From the NCBI GenBank assembly GCA_951406725.2, contig OX597816.1, positions 10,540,001-10,604,000 of the forward strand: a stretch of 64,000 nt of DNA, written 5' to 3'. The notes under the pieces were generated by a model. The model worked only from the letters and a program-made list of their open reading frames with translations. It did not search any database and had not been told where the DNA came from. The position numbers and the translations under genes are program-made. This DNA comes from Octopus vulgaris. Its lineage: Eukaryota. This document shows positions 47,322 through 59,959 of this stretch, piece by piece; position 1 is the first letter of the stretch, and each line of letters opens with the position of its first letter.

Positions 47322-47368
47322 ACCACAACATTTCAGCTGATGTACTCTCCAGCCTTCATCAGGTGGTC
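47322..47368 (-). ncRNA. Minimal type I hammerhead in a Penelope-like repeat (47275-47570)
   Basis: ACCAC-CTGATGA-AGGCTG..CAGCT-GAAA-TG-TT-GTGGT; 5-bp stem I. Confidence 0.65.
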
Positions 47369-47926
47369 TGGTAAAATTTCAAACCCAACCATTTATTTGA
47401 CTATTAGGGTACACTGTTCTCTTTCCTAAGGTATTCTTTTATGCAGATATCTTCTTTTTTTCTGTTGATATCATTTCCCAAGTCCTTCCCAGGGACTGAG
47501 CTCAGAATACGAGGGTTAGTTGCCCATGCTCTTACGTACTACACTATATGGCCACAGGCAATTATAGTGTGAATTTTGGGGCTTATAAACCTAACATTTT
47601 ATCTTTTCTTAATATCTTTTCATATTACATTCCTATCTGCACATGATAAAGATAGTAAAGTACAAAGAGGTTTAATTTTCTGTAATAGGTTGTGGGTCAT
47701 ATATTTTTTTCTTAAAAAAGTCAAAAATATAAAAGCTTTAAAGGTTTGTGGACGTAAATGTTTTGAAAGTTTAAAAGGTTTTAAAATTAAAAGAAAATAT
47801 TTTTTAAGCAACTATTCATCTGGCTGTGTAATACTAAACATCTTCATACAAATTTCCTTGACTCAGAGCAAAACTATTTACCAGATGCTTAACTGCTTTT
47901 ATGTACACCACAGCTATTTAAATTCC

Positions 47927-48656
47927 TTTAACCATTTCTGTTGAAATGCCCTGCTTTTGTTTGAATTAATTTTGGGAAAATAATTAGGAATTTGGTAAAA
48001 TAACTTTGTCGTTAATAAGCTTTTGTTTGGAACATAAATAAACCTAAAATTCTTGATGGAAGATTTTAATTTAGATCACTTTGGAATAAGAAGTTTGGAG
48101 CATAGAAACAAGACCAGTCTTATGTGGGACGGCATGAAAAGGGTTAACGGGTTTGTTTCCGCATTACTGCTCAAATACACTGCTTTTTGTTTCAATTAAT
48201 TTCGAAAATAATGAAGAATTTAGTAAAATAACTCATTATTAAGCTGATGTTTGGAACATAAATTAACAAGAAATTTTAAGGGAAGGTTTTAATTTAGACC
48301 ATTGTAAAAAAAAAAAATAGAAAAACGTTTGTATCATAGAAACGGGACCAATCGCAGGTGAGTCGGTAGCAAAACGTTTAACCCCCTTTTTTTTGTTATC
48401 ACAATATGGCTCAAATATACTACCTTTGTTTCAATTAATTTTCAATTAATTAAGAAGGAATTTAGTAAAATAACTGTCATTATTAATCTAATAACTGTCA
48501 TTATTAAGCTGATAATTCTCATTAAGTTGGTGTTTGAAACGTAAATTAATACAAAATTTTAATGAAAAGCTTTAATTTAGATCACTTTGAAATAGAAAAA
48601 AATGTCATCATAGCAGTAGAGGAGGTCTCAGGTGGGTTGGTACCAAAAAGGGTTAA
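47927..48656. mobile_element. Three tandem piggyBac-type MITEs joined at TTAA sites
   Basis: ~220-270-bp units homologous to 16291-16512; junctions GGGTTAA (~48147), TTTAACCC (~48381); end GGGTTAA (48656). Confidence 0.8.
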
Positions 48657-49161
48657 TCACCATCTTGAAGTCTTTGACTGGAGCTTTTTTATTTTTTTAT
48701 GTTTGAATCTGTTCTTTGAAATAGTTTAATCACTCAAATAATGGAAACAATATCATTAGCCATCAGCCTGTAGGAGATGTCAATAGCTTTACGTTTTATA
48801 CATTTATCTCATGAGCAACAATTTAGAAAAGTTACATTATTGAAGATGAATGTTTTAAATTTTACCACAAATAACTTCTTAGAAATGCGGGCATCTTAAG
48901 AGTTAAGGAAGCCTTGTTTACACATAGCTTCAACCTGGAAATAGACAATAGATCAGAACTCGGCACACAGTACTTAACATAAAAATACACACTCACTGGC
49001 ACACAAACTAAACATCTCATACATAAAAGAAAATTCGGTTGTGAAATACTATATTAGTTAGTGATTGACGTCATTCACAAGGAAAGCAAAATAACCATCA
49101 AGAACGTTTGAAAAATAAATTTAAATTGGAATCAAAGAATTCTATCCAAAGTAAGTTCCTT

Positions 49162-49202
49162 AAACTCTGATGAAGAGACTTTTAAGTTCCGAAATATAGG
49201 AC
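49162..49202 (+). ncRNA. Minimal type I hammerhead motif
   Basis: CT-CTGATGA-AGAGACT-TTTA-AGTTCC-GAAA-TA-TA-GG. Confidence 0.5.
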
Positions 49203-49214
49203 ATATAAAAAAAG

Positions 49215-49530
49215 GAGCACTTCTTTGGTTACGATGACGAAGGTCCCTGCTGATACGATTCAACAGAACAGCTTGCTTGTGAAATTAACATGCAAATGGC
49301 TGAGCACTCCACAGACATATCTACCCTTGATGCAGTTCTCAGGGAGATTCAGTGTGACACAGAGTGTGACAAGGCTGGCCCTTTGAAATACAGGTATTAC
49401 TCATTTTTGCCAGCTGAGTGGATTGGAGCAACGTGAAATAAAGTGTCTTGCTCAAGAACACAACACGTCACCGGGAATTGAACTCCCGATCATGAGCCAA
49501 ATGCCCTAAACACTAAGCCACGCACCTTCT
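49215..49530 (-). mobile_element. tRNA-derived SINE family D (Meta/V-type core)
   Basis: Minus strand GGTGCGTGGCTTAGTG..GAGTTCAATTCCC..GTGTTCTTGAGCAAGACACTTTATTTCAC; second copy at 63085-63385. Confidence 0.8.
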
Positions 49531-49814
49531 ATTTGGACACATATAAGACCAACAGTAATAACAACATAAAAGCAAAAATCAAAACAAGGATTACCAGGTA
49601 ACTTACTTTTAAATATCGTTACCTCACCTCGCAATCCCTTATGCATTGTTTAACCTTCTATCTCTTTCAACGTCACATTCCATATACAATGCTTGAAGCA
49701 AACTATAACATTTTATTAACTTCTTTTTACGTCATAAGTTTGATTTTGAAGCATTGAAAATGTGTTGTAGAACAAGTAGAAAGATATATTTTCAATGCGT
49801 AAACACTGAACAGT

Positions 49815-49830
49815 GTGTATATATATACAT

Positions 49831-49871
<41 letters not shown>

Positions 49872-50212
49872 AAAATCCTTATAAGAGCAGAAAAATTTGT
49901 CAGCAACCAAGGATTTTATCCTACACACACACATATATACACACACACATATATAAACACATATATACGCACATATATATATACATACACACATATATAT
50001 ATACACATATATATATACACACACACACACACACATATATATATACACACACACACACACATATATACACACACACACACATATATACACACACACACAC
50101 ATATATATACACACACACACACACATATATACACACACACACATATATACACACACACACATATATACACACACACACACATATATACACACACACACAT
50201 ATATATATACAC

Positions 50213-50267
<55 letters not shown>

Positions 50268-50352
50268 CACATATATGTATATATATATACACACACACAC
50301 ACACATATATATATACACACACAGACACACATATATATATATATACACATAT
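49815..50352. repeat. Compound (TA)n(CA)n microsatellite
   Basis: Directly visible. Confidence 0.97.
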
Positions 50353-50880
50353 GATTGATTGATTGATTGATTCTAGTTTCAGCTTATGAGCTGTGGCCAT
50401 GCTGGGGCACCGCCATTTGGTGTTGCTACTTGGTTTCACTTCATGGAGGCTTTCTAGCAACTGCTATTTGGTGCATGAGAGAGTTCGATGCAGCTGCCCT
50501 CATCTGCCCCTCCTGCCGTGAAGTTGGTTCATCTGGGACACCTGACAGGAAGAGATCCAGCTTCATTTTAAAGACATCTGTATCCACCCCATGCAGGTCT
50601 CTCAGGTTCTTCGGGAGGATATTGAAGAGCTGTGGGCCTCGGAAGCCCAGGCTATCACAGTATCTTGTCCTACATCTTGATGGCAGGTTTGGAGTCCTAG
50701 GCACCACGCAGTGGCGCCCAGTTCTGGCATTTGCGTAACTCTCGATGCCAAAGTTCAGGACACTTCCCTCCAGGATCTTCCAGATGTATATTATGGCATA
50801 TCTTTCCCGCCTACGCTCCAGGGAATATAATTTTAATCTCTTGAGTCTTTCCCAGTAGCTTACATTCTGCATAGAGGCTA
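50353..50880 (-). mobile_element. CR1-group LINE 3' fragment with (AATC)n tail, inserted in a microsatellite
   Basis: SYWERLKRLKLYSLERRRERYAIIYIWKIL..GPQLFNILP..FKMKLDLFL..VPDEP is homologous to the C-terminus of the 926-aa ORF. Confidence 0.93.
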
Positions 50881-51045
50881 TGCATATGTATATATATATA
50901 CACACACACACACATATATATATATATACACATATGTATATATATATACACACACACACACACATATATATATATACACATATGTATATATATATATACA
51001 CACACACACACATATATATATATATACACATATGTATATATATAT

Positions 51046-51092
<47 letters not shown>
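50881..51092. repeat. ~40-bp higher-order (TA)/(CA) repeat
   Basis: CATATGTATAT..CACACA..TATACA unit repeated about 4 times. Confidence 0.93.
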
Positions 51093-51659
51093 AACACTGT
51101 TGAAAATTTATCTTTATCTTCTTTTTATTTATATTTCGCTGCCAATCAGTTTCTTGCCAATCGGCACCCTGCTTTTATCTCCCTGAAATATTATTCACTG
51201 AAATGACTTCACAGAAGGCCCAGTGCATCCACAGGGGGAACTTGAAATGCCAAGAAACTAACTCAACATAAACTAGAAATATTAATCCTTACCATGGTAC
51301 TGAGTAGTCTTTTGTTTTTTTCTTTACAATAGTCACCATTAAATGAATAAATAATTATTGTTTCGTTAATTTCAGTGCTTTGAGATTCCTTTCTAGTCAC
51401 TACTTTTGCAGCATGATAAACTATTATAAGGCATCTAATTAACTTTATAATCAATCACTAATGCCAGCATGGAAAATGAATGTTAAAGGATGATGGCAAG
51501 AGGGGGGATGAAGGGGATGGAGAGGATATAATGACATTTTAATTAAGCATGGAAGTGTAAAAAGAGGCCAAGAGATTTATGATTCCTAAAATATCTCACC
51601 AGTCCGATATTCAAGCCATTCTAGGGTTGTCAATGCTTCAAAACTTTCACTTGGCACTT

Positions 51660-52830
51660 ATTCTTTTCTACTTTGGGCACAAAGCTTAAAATTTTTGAGG
51701 AGGCGGGGGGGGGGAGTGGATTAGATCGACCCCAGTATGCAACTGGTACTTAATTTATCAACCCCCAAAACCTCAAATTCTGCTGAGGTCCACTGAAAGG
51801 CAGTCGACCTCAGCAGAAATAGAACTCAGGCTGTAAAGACAAACAAAATACTGGTATTTTCCCCGGCGTGCTAACGTTTCTTTTCTTCTCAGGGCACAAG
51901 ACCTGAAATTTTTGAGGAGGGGGCCAGTTAATTAGATCAACCTTAGTATGCAACTGGTACTTAGTTTATGAACCTCAAAAGGATGAAAGGCAAAGTCAAC
52001 CTTGGCAGAACAGGGGAGTTTAGCATCCCCACTTAGCACAAAGCAATATCTGTGGATTGCAGTTTCTGGTTATTTCCTTTCCTCTGCACAGAGTAACTGC
52101 TCGGCTAGAGATGGCACTGTTAAACTCCTGTTCAAAAATATATTATAATTTTCAAAGTGACATGCCAAAAAAATTTTTAATGAAATATCCAAACGTGGCC
52201 GTTGCCAGCGCCACCCCAACTGGCCTTGTGCCAGTGGCACGTACAAAGCACCATCTGATCGTGGCCGTTTGCCAGCCTCGTCTGGCACCTGTGCAGTGGC
52301 ATGTAAAAAGCACCCACTACACTCACGGAGTGGTTGGCATTAGGAAGGGCATCCAGCTGTAGAAACATTGCCAGATCAGACTGGAGCCTGGTGCAGACCC
52401 TTGGCTTCCCAGACCCCAGTTGAACCATCCAACCCATGCTAGCATGGAAAGCGGACGTTAAACGATGATGATAATAAGTTGTTTTGTGGGAATAAAACTA
52501 GTTGGTTATTCATTTTTATTTTGTTTTTTTTCTCATAATTCTTTTGTTTTAGTCATTAGGCTGTGGCCATACTGGAGCACCACCCCGAAGAATTTCTTTT
52601 AGTTGAATGAATTGATCCCAGTATCTATTTCTTCCGAAGCCTGTTACATATTCTACAGGTACCTTTTGCCAAACTGCTAAGTTACAGTGATGTAAACACA
52701 CCAACACTGGACGGCAAGTGATGAGGGAGACAGACACAAAGACACACACACATGTATATATATGATGGGTTCTGGATGCAGAACCATGCCGTTGCAAAGC
52801 AAAGTTCTGACCACACTGCCACTCCTTAGC
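51660..52830. mobile_element. SINE B pair (51660-52010, -), RTE UTR copy (52190-52473, +), SINE A (52540-52830, -)
   Basis: Similarity to other copies. Confidence 0.78.
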
Positions 52831-53419
52831 ATTATGAAGAAAATATTTTGAAAACTCAGCATTTATTCCAGCAAATTCAGAGAGATAATTGTATTTGATA
52901 ATGGTGAATTATAATACATCGAGGGAGGAGGAAATTTGATTAATTAGTCATGTTAGTAAGATGTTGGCAAGTAAAATATACTGCATTCATCTATGCAACA
53001 TAAATAGCATGTGGGAGATTATTTCTGTTGCAAATCACAAGTGTGCTATTTACTAAATGATTAGCTGAATAGATAGGAATGAGGATGGACACACAACAGC
53101 AACAACAACAACAATAAAAACAACAATATTTAATTACTAATTAGATTTCTAAAATGAAGAGATGCAGAGAACTGTGTAGTTATAGCAGTGAATTTCTGCT
53201 CTGTAATTCATTTGGTTTTAAAACATTTAGAACGATATGTAACACTGATAAAGGAATAAACAGCTTTTAATTTCTTTTCAGCCGGATCTTTGCCAATTCC
53301 ATGTAAATTACTTTTGGCAACAACGAATACGTTTCATGTTTGATAAAAAGGAAAAATATTGAGAAAACCAACGAGAGACGTATTTGAGTGTAGGTTTATA
53401 TCCTATCGGTGAAGCAGAT

Positions 53420-53985
53420 ATCAGAGATGCTTTTGTCCTATGCAGAAACTGCAGGAGATACTCAGAGCTTTTTCCAGCACTTCCAAATCCATTGCAAGGC
53501 TGGAAACCCTTCCATATCATGAGCAGGAATCTCAGGATCACAAGTGTTTCACCCCTTAGCCTGTACACTTCACTTGAGTGAGGCAGCGAGGAGTGAGCTA
53601 GTCTTCACCCATGGAAGGGCTCCACTTGTGGTCTCTAATCAATTATAACAACTTTGAATTAGTTTCAGCTGCTGTGCCTATTTCCTTGATAGCTTTCTTC
53701 AGTTGTTCGATTCCAAACCTATCTTCTGTGAGAAATAGCGACACTGATCTAGATGGAAAGCTGCAGCAGCCTCCTTCAATAGGGAATGAGAAAGCTTGTC
53801 AACCCTTGACAAAGGCCTCATTGATTAAGTCTTGATATTTCGATTTTATTACCTGGTGGGAAATATTGAGTCTGTCCTCCCAGGGGACTGTCCGTTTGAT
53901 CACAATGATTGTTTTTGCATTCTTGGATTGTAGGAACATGTCTAAGCAAAGTGATGTTACCGCTCTCTCTTCTGGGAATTGTGTT
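53420..53985 (-). mobile_element. Hero-type non-LTR retrotransposon 3' fragment (decayed restriction-like endonuclease + 3' UTR)
   Basis: QFPEERAVTSLCLDMFLQSKNAKTIIVIKRTVPWEDRLNISHQVIKSKYQDLINEAFVKG*QAFSFPIEGGCCSF..LKKAIKEIGTAAE matches the Hero pattern T.LRPD..IELTVPWE..K..KY..L..GW..P.EVGCRGF..AAE. Confidence 0.88.
53507..53619 (-). ncRNA. Non-circularly permuted hammerhead-like ribozyme motif (copy 2)
   Basis: Same helix order as 32402-32502 with different sequence; GUA triplet; core CTCATGA (G5->C). Confidence 0.72.
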
Positions 53986-54264
53986 CATGAAGCTGGTACT
54001 TAATTTGCAATTACTGGAAATGCATACACCTGTAAAACCCATGCCAAAACTAACCTCACCTGTGTGAGTACCACATAAAAAGCACTCAGAGTAGTTGGCG
54101 CTAGGAAGGGCATCCAGCCATAAAAACCCTGCCAAAACAGACACAGGAGTTTGGTGCAGGCTCCTTCCTGGTCAGCTCCTGTCAAGCCATCCAACCCATG
54201 CCAGCATAGAAGAAGGCCGTTAAACAATGATGATGTGTACCCGCAATGCAACAAGCATTAATAA

Positions 54265-54565
54265 GTGATCACTGTGACCGACTAGGCTATCAGATGTTGC
54301 TACACATCGCTGGTCACAATGCGCTTCACATTGTTTTAGCCTCAAATGACGTCACCCTGCTGGCTAAGCGAGCAGGCCAACAGAAGAAAGAGTGAGAGAA
54401 AGTTGTGGTGAAAGAGTACAGCAGGGTTGCCACCACCCCCTGCCAGAGTCACGTGGAGCTTTAGGTGTTTTTGCTCAATAAACACTCACAATGCTCCCTC
54501 TGGGAATCGAAACCGCGATCCTACAACCGCGAGTCCGCTGCCCTAACCACTGGGCCATTGCGTCT
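54265..54565 (-). mobile_element. SINE family C, full length, with probable TSD GCATTAATAAGT
   Basis: GCATTAATAAGT just before (~54255-54266) and just after (~54570-54581) the element. Confidence 0.88.
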
Positions 54566-55289
54566 CCATGCATTAATAAGTAAGAGAGATTAATTGAACA
54601 TTTAATAACTATCACACTTTGGCATCATTTTCCCTCCTGAGAAAAACTCTGGATGAACAAGTGAGAAGGAAACAAAACCAAAAGAATTTTAATATGTTAT
54701 ATTTTCCTCACGATGTTAGGCATGCTTTTCAGAAGGCCAAATGCACCACGGTTTGCCAATCACTGATGTATATTAGAAAATATTCCACTTATATGGTAAA
54801 CTACAACAAATCCTTGAAGTTTATGGAATCATAATTATTCTGCTGTCAGCACATGTTCCCTCAACAACTCGAGATATCAACCATAAAATTAATTTATGAT
54901 TCAACAGGCTTTAAAACTCTAAAATATATTTTGTGTAAAAAGGCGGTCATAAAATTAATAACTTAATAGTTTAATAAACCACAGGAAACTCACAGATTTA
55001 TTAATGCTTCTCTGGATATATAAAGTTAAGGGTTATAATTCTACAGAGTATTACAATAGTAGTGATATTAATAATAATGCTTCGAATATAGGCATAAGGC
55101 CTGAAATTTTAGGGAGGGGGCCAATTGATTAGATCGACCCAAGAATGCATTTAAATGGTATTTAATTTATCGACCCCGAAAGGATGAAAAGCAAAGTCGA
55201 CCTTGGCGGAATTTGAACTCAGAATGTAGCTGTAAATAAAATATCACTAAGCTTTTCATCCAGCATGCTAATGATTCTGCCAGCTTGCA

Positions 55290-55323
<34 letters not shown>

Positions 55324-56202
55324 CATTTAACGTCCGCTTTCCATGCTAGCATGGGTTGGACGATTTGACTGAGGTCTGGCGAACCAGACTCCAATCTTGA
55401 TCTGGCAGAGTTTCTACAGCTGGATGCCCTTCCTAACGCCAAAATAATAATAATAATAATAATGATGATAATGATAATAATAATAATGCTTTCTACTAAA
55501 GGTACAAGGCCTGAAATTTTGGGGGACTGGCTAGTCAAGTATATTGATCCCAGTATGCAACTGGTACTCATTTCATCAACCCTGAAAGAATGAAAGACAA
55601 AATTGACTTCAGCAAATTTGAACTCAGAATGTAAAGTGACGGAATAGCACTAAGCATTTTGTCAGATGTGCTAATGATTCTGCAAGCTTGCCACCTTACT
55701 ACTACAAATAATAATAATAACAATAATAATAATAATCCTTCCTACTATAGGCACAAGGTCTGAAATTTTGTGGGAGGGGACTAGTTGATTCCAGTGTTTC
55801 ACTGTTACCCAAAAGGATGAAAGGCAAAGTCAACCTCAGCGGAATTTGAACTCAAAACGAGAAGACAGATGAAATACCTATTTCTTTACTACCCACAAGG
55901 GGCCAAACACAGAGAGGACAAACAAGAACAGACAAGCGAATTAAGTCAATTATATCGACCCCAGTGCATAACTGGTACTTATTTAATCGACCCCGAAAGG
56001 ATGAAAGGCAAAGTTGTCCTCAGCAGAATTTGAACCCTGAATGTAGCAGTAGACGAAATACCACTAAGCACTTTGCCCAGCTTGCTAACGATTCTGCCAG
56101 CTCACCGCCTTCAAATAATAATAATAATAATTATAATTATAGTGGTTCTCATGACTTCTGTTTTAACTGTTATCATGTACATTGTTTTGTCTTGATGTAA
56201 AA

Positions 56203-56645
56203 AGATGGGCTACAGCAAATATTCTGCTCAATACCACAGATTTGATTGTCAGCTGCTGAGCATGTCCCTTGGTGACTGACAATATGTGCATCTCTGATCA
56301 CGTGTAGAAGTGGGAGAGCATCGTAGCCATGCGTTGAGAGGAATTCTTTGGGGTTTGAATAATTCACCTCTGGAAACATGGGTGTTTCGTTCAACATCCT
56401 TAAACCAACCTTATTCAGGGATCTTTTGAGCAGGATGGGCTACACAACCTGAAGGAAATTCTAACTGGGCCCCATCTCCAAGGTCATGCGCTGTTTATCT
56501 TGGTATGAGATCACCATGTCACACACGTGGTTGTGATGCATGTGTCTGGTGTACCCTTATCAGATGGGTAAACATGATGGGTATACTGGGCTTCATATAT
56601 TTTACCCCAATATCATTTTCATGACATGCACTGCTCTCTCACTTA
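56203..56645 (+). repeat. Unclassified ~460-bp interspersed repeat, copy 3, with (AAT)n tail
   Basis: Reverse complement of 12251-12712. Confidence 0.85.
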
Positions 56646-56664
56646 ATAATAATAATAATAATGC

Positions 56665-56900
56665 AGTTCTATATTTAAGAGACGAGGAATTACATTATTT
56701 ACATTTGATATACCCTCCAGCCTTCTTCAGGTTTCTTGGGGAAATTTCGAACCTGGGTTCTCATTCCTGGGGTATTTTTCGATGTTGTTGTTATTATTAT
56801 TATTGTTCAGGTCACTGCTTGGAATCAAACTCGGAATCTTGGGGTTAGCAACAACAAACAAGATGAGGACAAATATCCGTCAAATGTAAATAATGTAAAT
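56665..56900. mobile_element. Penelope-like pseudo-LTR repeat with internal deletion and inverted segment
   Basis: TTACATTATTTACATTTGA (~56690-56708) is inverted at ~56880-56898; the hammerhead region is partly deleted. Confidence 0.55.
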
Positions 56901-58129
56901 ATATTAATAATAATGGTTTCAAATTTTGACACAGGGACAGCAGTTTTTGAGGGACAGAAGAAGTCAATTACATCAACCCAGATCTTGACTGATACTTATC
57001 AACTCCGAAAGGATGGAAAGTAAAGTGAACGTAGGTGGAATTTGAACTTAGAGCATAAGGACGAATGAAATACTGGGAAGCAGTTTAGTTTGGTGTGCTA
57101 ATGGTTCAGCAAGCTTGCCATCTTATTAATGATAATCTTTTCTACCGGAAGCACAAGGCCTCAAATTTGGGGGAAGGGATTAAGTCGATGACATCGACCC
57201 CCAGTGCATAACTGGTACTTATTTAATCAACCTTAAAAGGATGAAAGCCAAAGTCAACCTCGACAGAATTTGAATTCAGAATGTGAAGACGGACGAAACA
57301 CTGCAAAGCATTTCACCTGGCATGCTAACGATTCTGCCAGCTCACCACCACCACCCTTATCTCGGTGTTGTATTACATGAAGATATTTCACTACCCCCCC
57401 CTAAACTTTCGGTCATGCTGTAGCATCCCTTCTCCTTCATTTGCCTCAAGATGCTGGGTGTGTCTCAGCAAGTGACTGTAATAAACATGTAGATTAAAAA
57501 TTAAAAAAATAATAATAATAATAATAATAATAACAGCAGCAAAAATATATTAAATTACTTGAATTCTTCACAAATAAGAAAACTGAAATTGATATTTTAA
57601 AAATAGCTTTGGAATTAAAGCTGTATGTTCTGTTTCCAATGCAGAAAATAAACATTTTGAAGAATTGGTCAATATTTTCTCCACAGGTTTCAGAACATTG
57701 CCAAAAGAGACTTAGAATGGTATATTGATGTTTCAGAAACTTGGACAGAAATTGATTTTTTTTTTTTTTTTTCTTATGAAACTGATAGGAAGAATTTTTC
57801 ATATTCATTATTTTAATTGATATTTTCTCATAAGAAATAAATAAAATTGAATAAAATACCCCAACCAAAAAAACAATTAAAAAATAAACAAGGATAAAAA
57901 AAAGCAAAATTTATTTGAATCTTGTTTATTTGGAACTAACTCGATGTTTATGATGCTGTTGAAGGAGAAACTTGAGAAATCAGGTGATCAAAATAAATAT
58001 TGGAAACTGATAATTTACAAATAGTTCTTGCTCAAATGATCTATCGTTTTGCATTGACACCTGGCGTTGATATATGACTGCATTTGTTTCAACACTAACA
58101 AATGTTTTTTACTGTTCGAAATCAATCAA

Positions 58130-58595
58130 AAAAAAATCAATGGAATTTGTAGTTGTGATACCTGTGCCGGTGGCACGTAAAAAGCACCATCCGAAAGTGG
58201 CCGTTGCCAGCGCCGCCTTGAATGGCTTCCGTGTCGGTGGCACATAAAAAGCACCATCCGAACGTGGCCGTTGCTAGTGCCGCCTCAACTGGCTTCCATG
58301 TCGGTGGCACATAAAAAGCACCATCCGAACGTGGCCGTTGCCAGTGCCGCCTCGACTGGCTTCCGTGTCGGTGGCACGTAAAAAGCACCAACCAATCGTG
58401 GCCGTTGCCAGCCTCACCTGGCACATAAAAAGCACCCACTACACTCATGGAGTGGTTGGCGTTAGGAAGGGCATCCAGCTGTAGAAACACTGCCCAATCA
58501 GACTGGAGCCTGGTGCAGCCTCCTGGCTTCCCAGACCCTGGTTGAACCATCCAACCCATGCTAGCATGGAAAACAGACATATGATGATGATGATG
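58130..58595 (+). mobile_element. RTE 3' UTR copy with about 4 x 62-bp units
   Basis: GTGTCGGTGGCACATAAAAAGCACCATCCGAACGTGGCCGTTGC.AG..CCGCCT..A.TGGCTTCC repeated. Confidence 0.88.
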
Positions 58596-59549
58596 TTCCT
58601 ATATAAAGTTGTACAGGTTTTAAAATTTGGATATTTGCCTGAAATACACGAAGTTGTTACTGGTGGTGGCTGTCAGCTCTACTCAGGCAGACCTATATCT
58701 TTAACCTTTCACTTCTTTCAGTGTGGCCAAGCTGGGGCAGAATCTTGAAAAGTTTAGTCAAAGAAATCGACTCCAGTACTCACTTTTTAAAGCCTGGTAT
58801 TTATTCTGTCGGTCTTCTTGGCCGAACTGCTAGGTCACAGGGACAGAAGCAAATTAACTTCACTTGTCAAATAGTAGGATAGGGTGGGGTATAACCAGAG
58901 ACACAAAAACACACACACACATTATATGCCACATAGAATGTGCTGGTACGTAAAAAGCACGTCTGTGGGTGCCACATAAAATGCCAGCATTCTCTGTAAA
59001 ATGGTTAATGTTAGGAAGAGCATCCACCCATAGAAACTTCATCAGAACAGACAAATGGAGCCTGGTGCAGTTCTCCAGCTTGCCAGGTCCTGTCAAACCG
59101 TTCAACCCATGCCAACATTGAAAATGGAGTTAAATGATGATGATGATGATGATAAGCTTCCACACAGTTCAGCTGTGGAAGCTTATCATCATCATCATTA
59201 TTATCTTCATTATCATCATCATTTAGCATTCGTTTTCGATGCTGGCATGAGTTGTACAGTTTGATTGTATAATACTTGTGTAAGGACTGTGATGCTGCAG
59301 GGTAGTGAAATATGGGACTTGAATGTAGAGAATTTGTAAAGGCTAGAAAGCAACAAAGTGAGCTTATTCCATTGGAAGTGTAATGTTAGTGTATGTGTGT
59401 GAACAACAGTACAAAGGAGTTCAGAGAAAAACTGGATATATGAGGAAAAGAAATGGATTGCTTTTCTGAAGCTAATTGAGCTTTTCAAAGCACTGAGAAT
59501 TTGGCAAAATCTGCCAAACAGAAGAGAGAGTGAAAATTATGTAAAACAA

Positions 59550-59955
59550 AACTTGTGAAGACCTGTTGAGGCAAGTGAAAATGAAAAATCAAAATCAAAA
59601 TCGATCAACATCAATGGAAATTGTAGCTGTGATACCAGTGCCAATGGCACGTAAGAGAACCAACTGAGCGTGGCCGTTGCCAGCGCTGCCCCGACTGGCC
59701 TCCGTGCCGGTGGCATGTAAAAAGCACCATCCGATCGTGACCGTTTGCCAGCCTCGTCTGGCACCTGTGGTGGTGGCATGTAAAAGCACCCACTACACTC
59801 TCGGAGTGATTGGCATTAGGAAGGGCATCCAGCCGTACAAACACTGCCAGATCAGACTGGGCCTGGCACAGCCTTCTGGCTTCCCAGACCCCAGTTGAAC
59901 CGTCCAACCCATGCTAGCATGGAAAACAGACGTTAAACGATGATGATGATGATGA
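59550..59955 (+). mobile_element. RTE 3' UTR copy
   Basis: Starts CTTGTGAAGACCTGTTGAGGCAAGTG as in 41200-41235; (GAT)n tail. Confidence 0.88.
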
Positions 59956-59959
59956 AAAT

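Larger units (their letters stand above)
55080..57350 (-). mobile_element. Array of about 6 SINE B copies with (AAT)n spacers and other nested repeats
   Basis: Copies at 55080-55290, 55488-55700, 55738-56110 (dimer), 56915-57125, 57135-57350. Confidence 0.82.

Noticed and set aside
56270-56465. Possible permuted hammerhead in the 460-bp repeat (CCATG/CATGG after GAAA; GTTGAG/CTCAAC before CTGAAGA in the other copies)
   Set aside because: No unpaired N17 in the apparent consensus and no convincing stem II equivalent, so it is not called.
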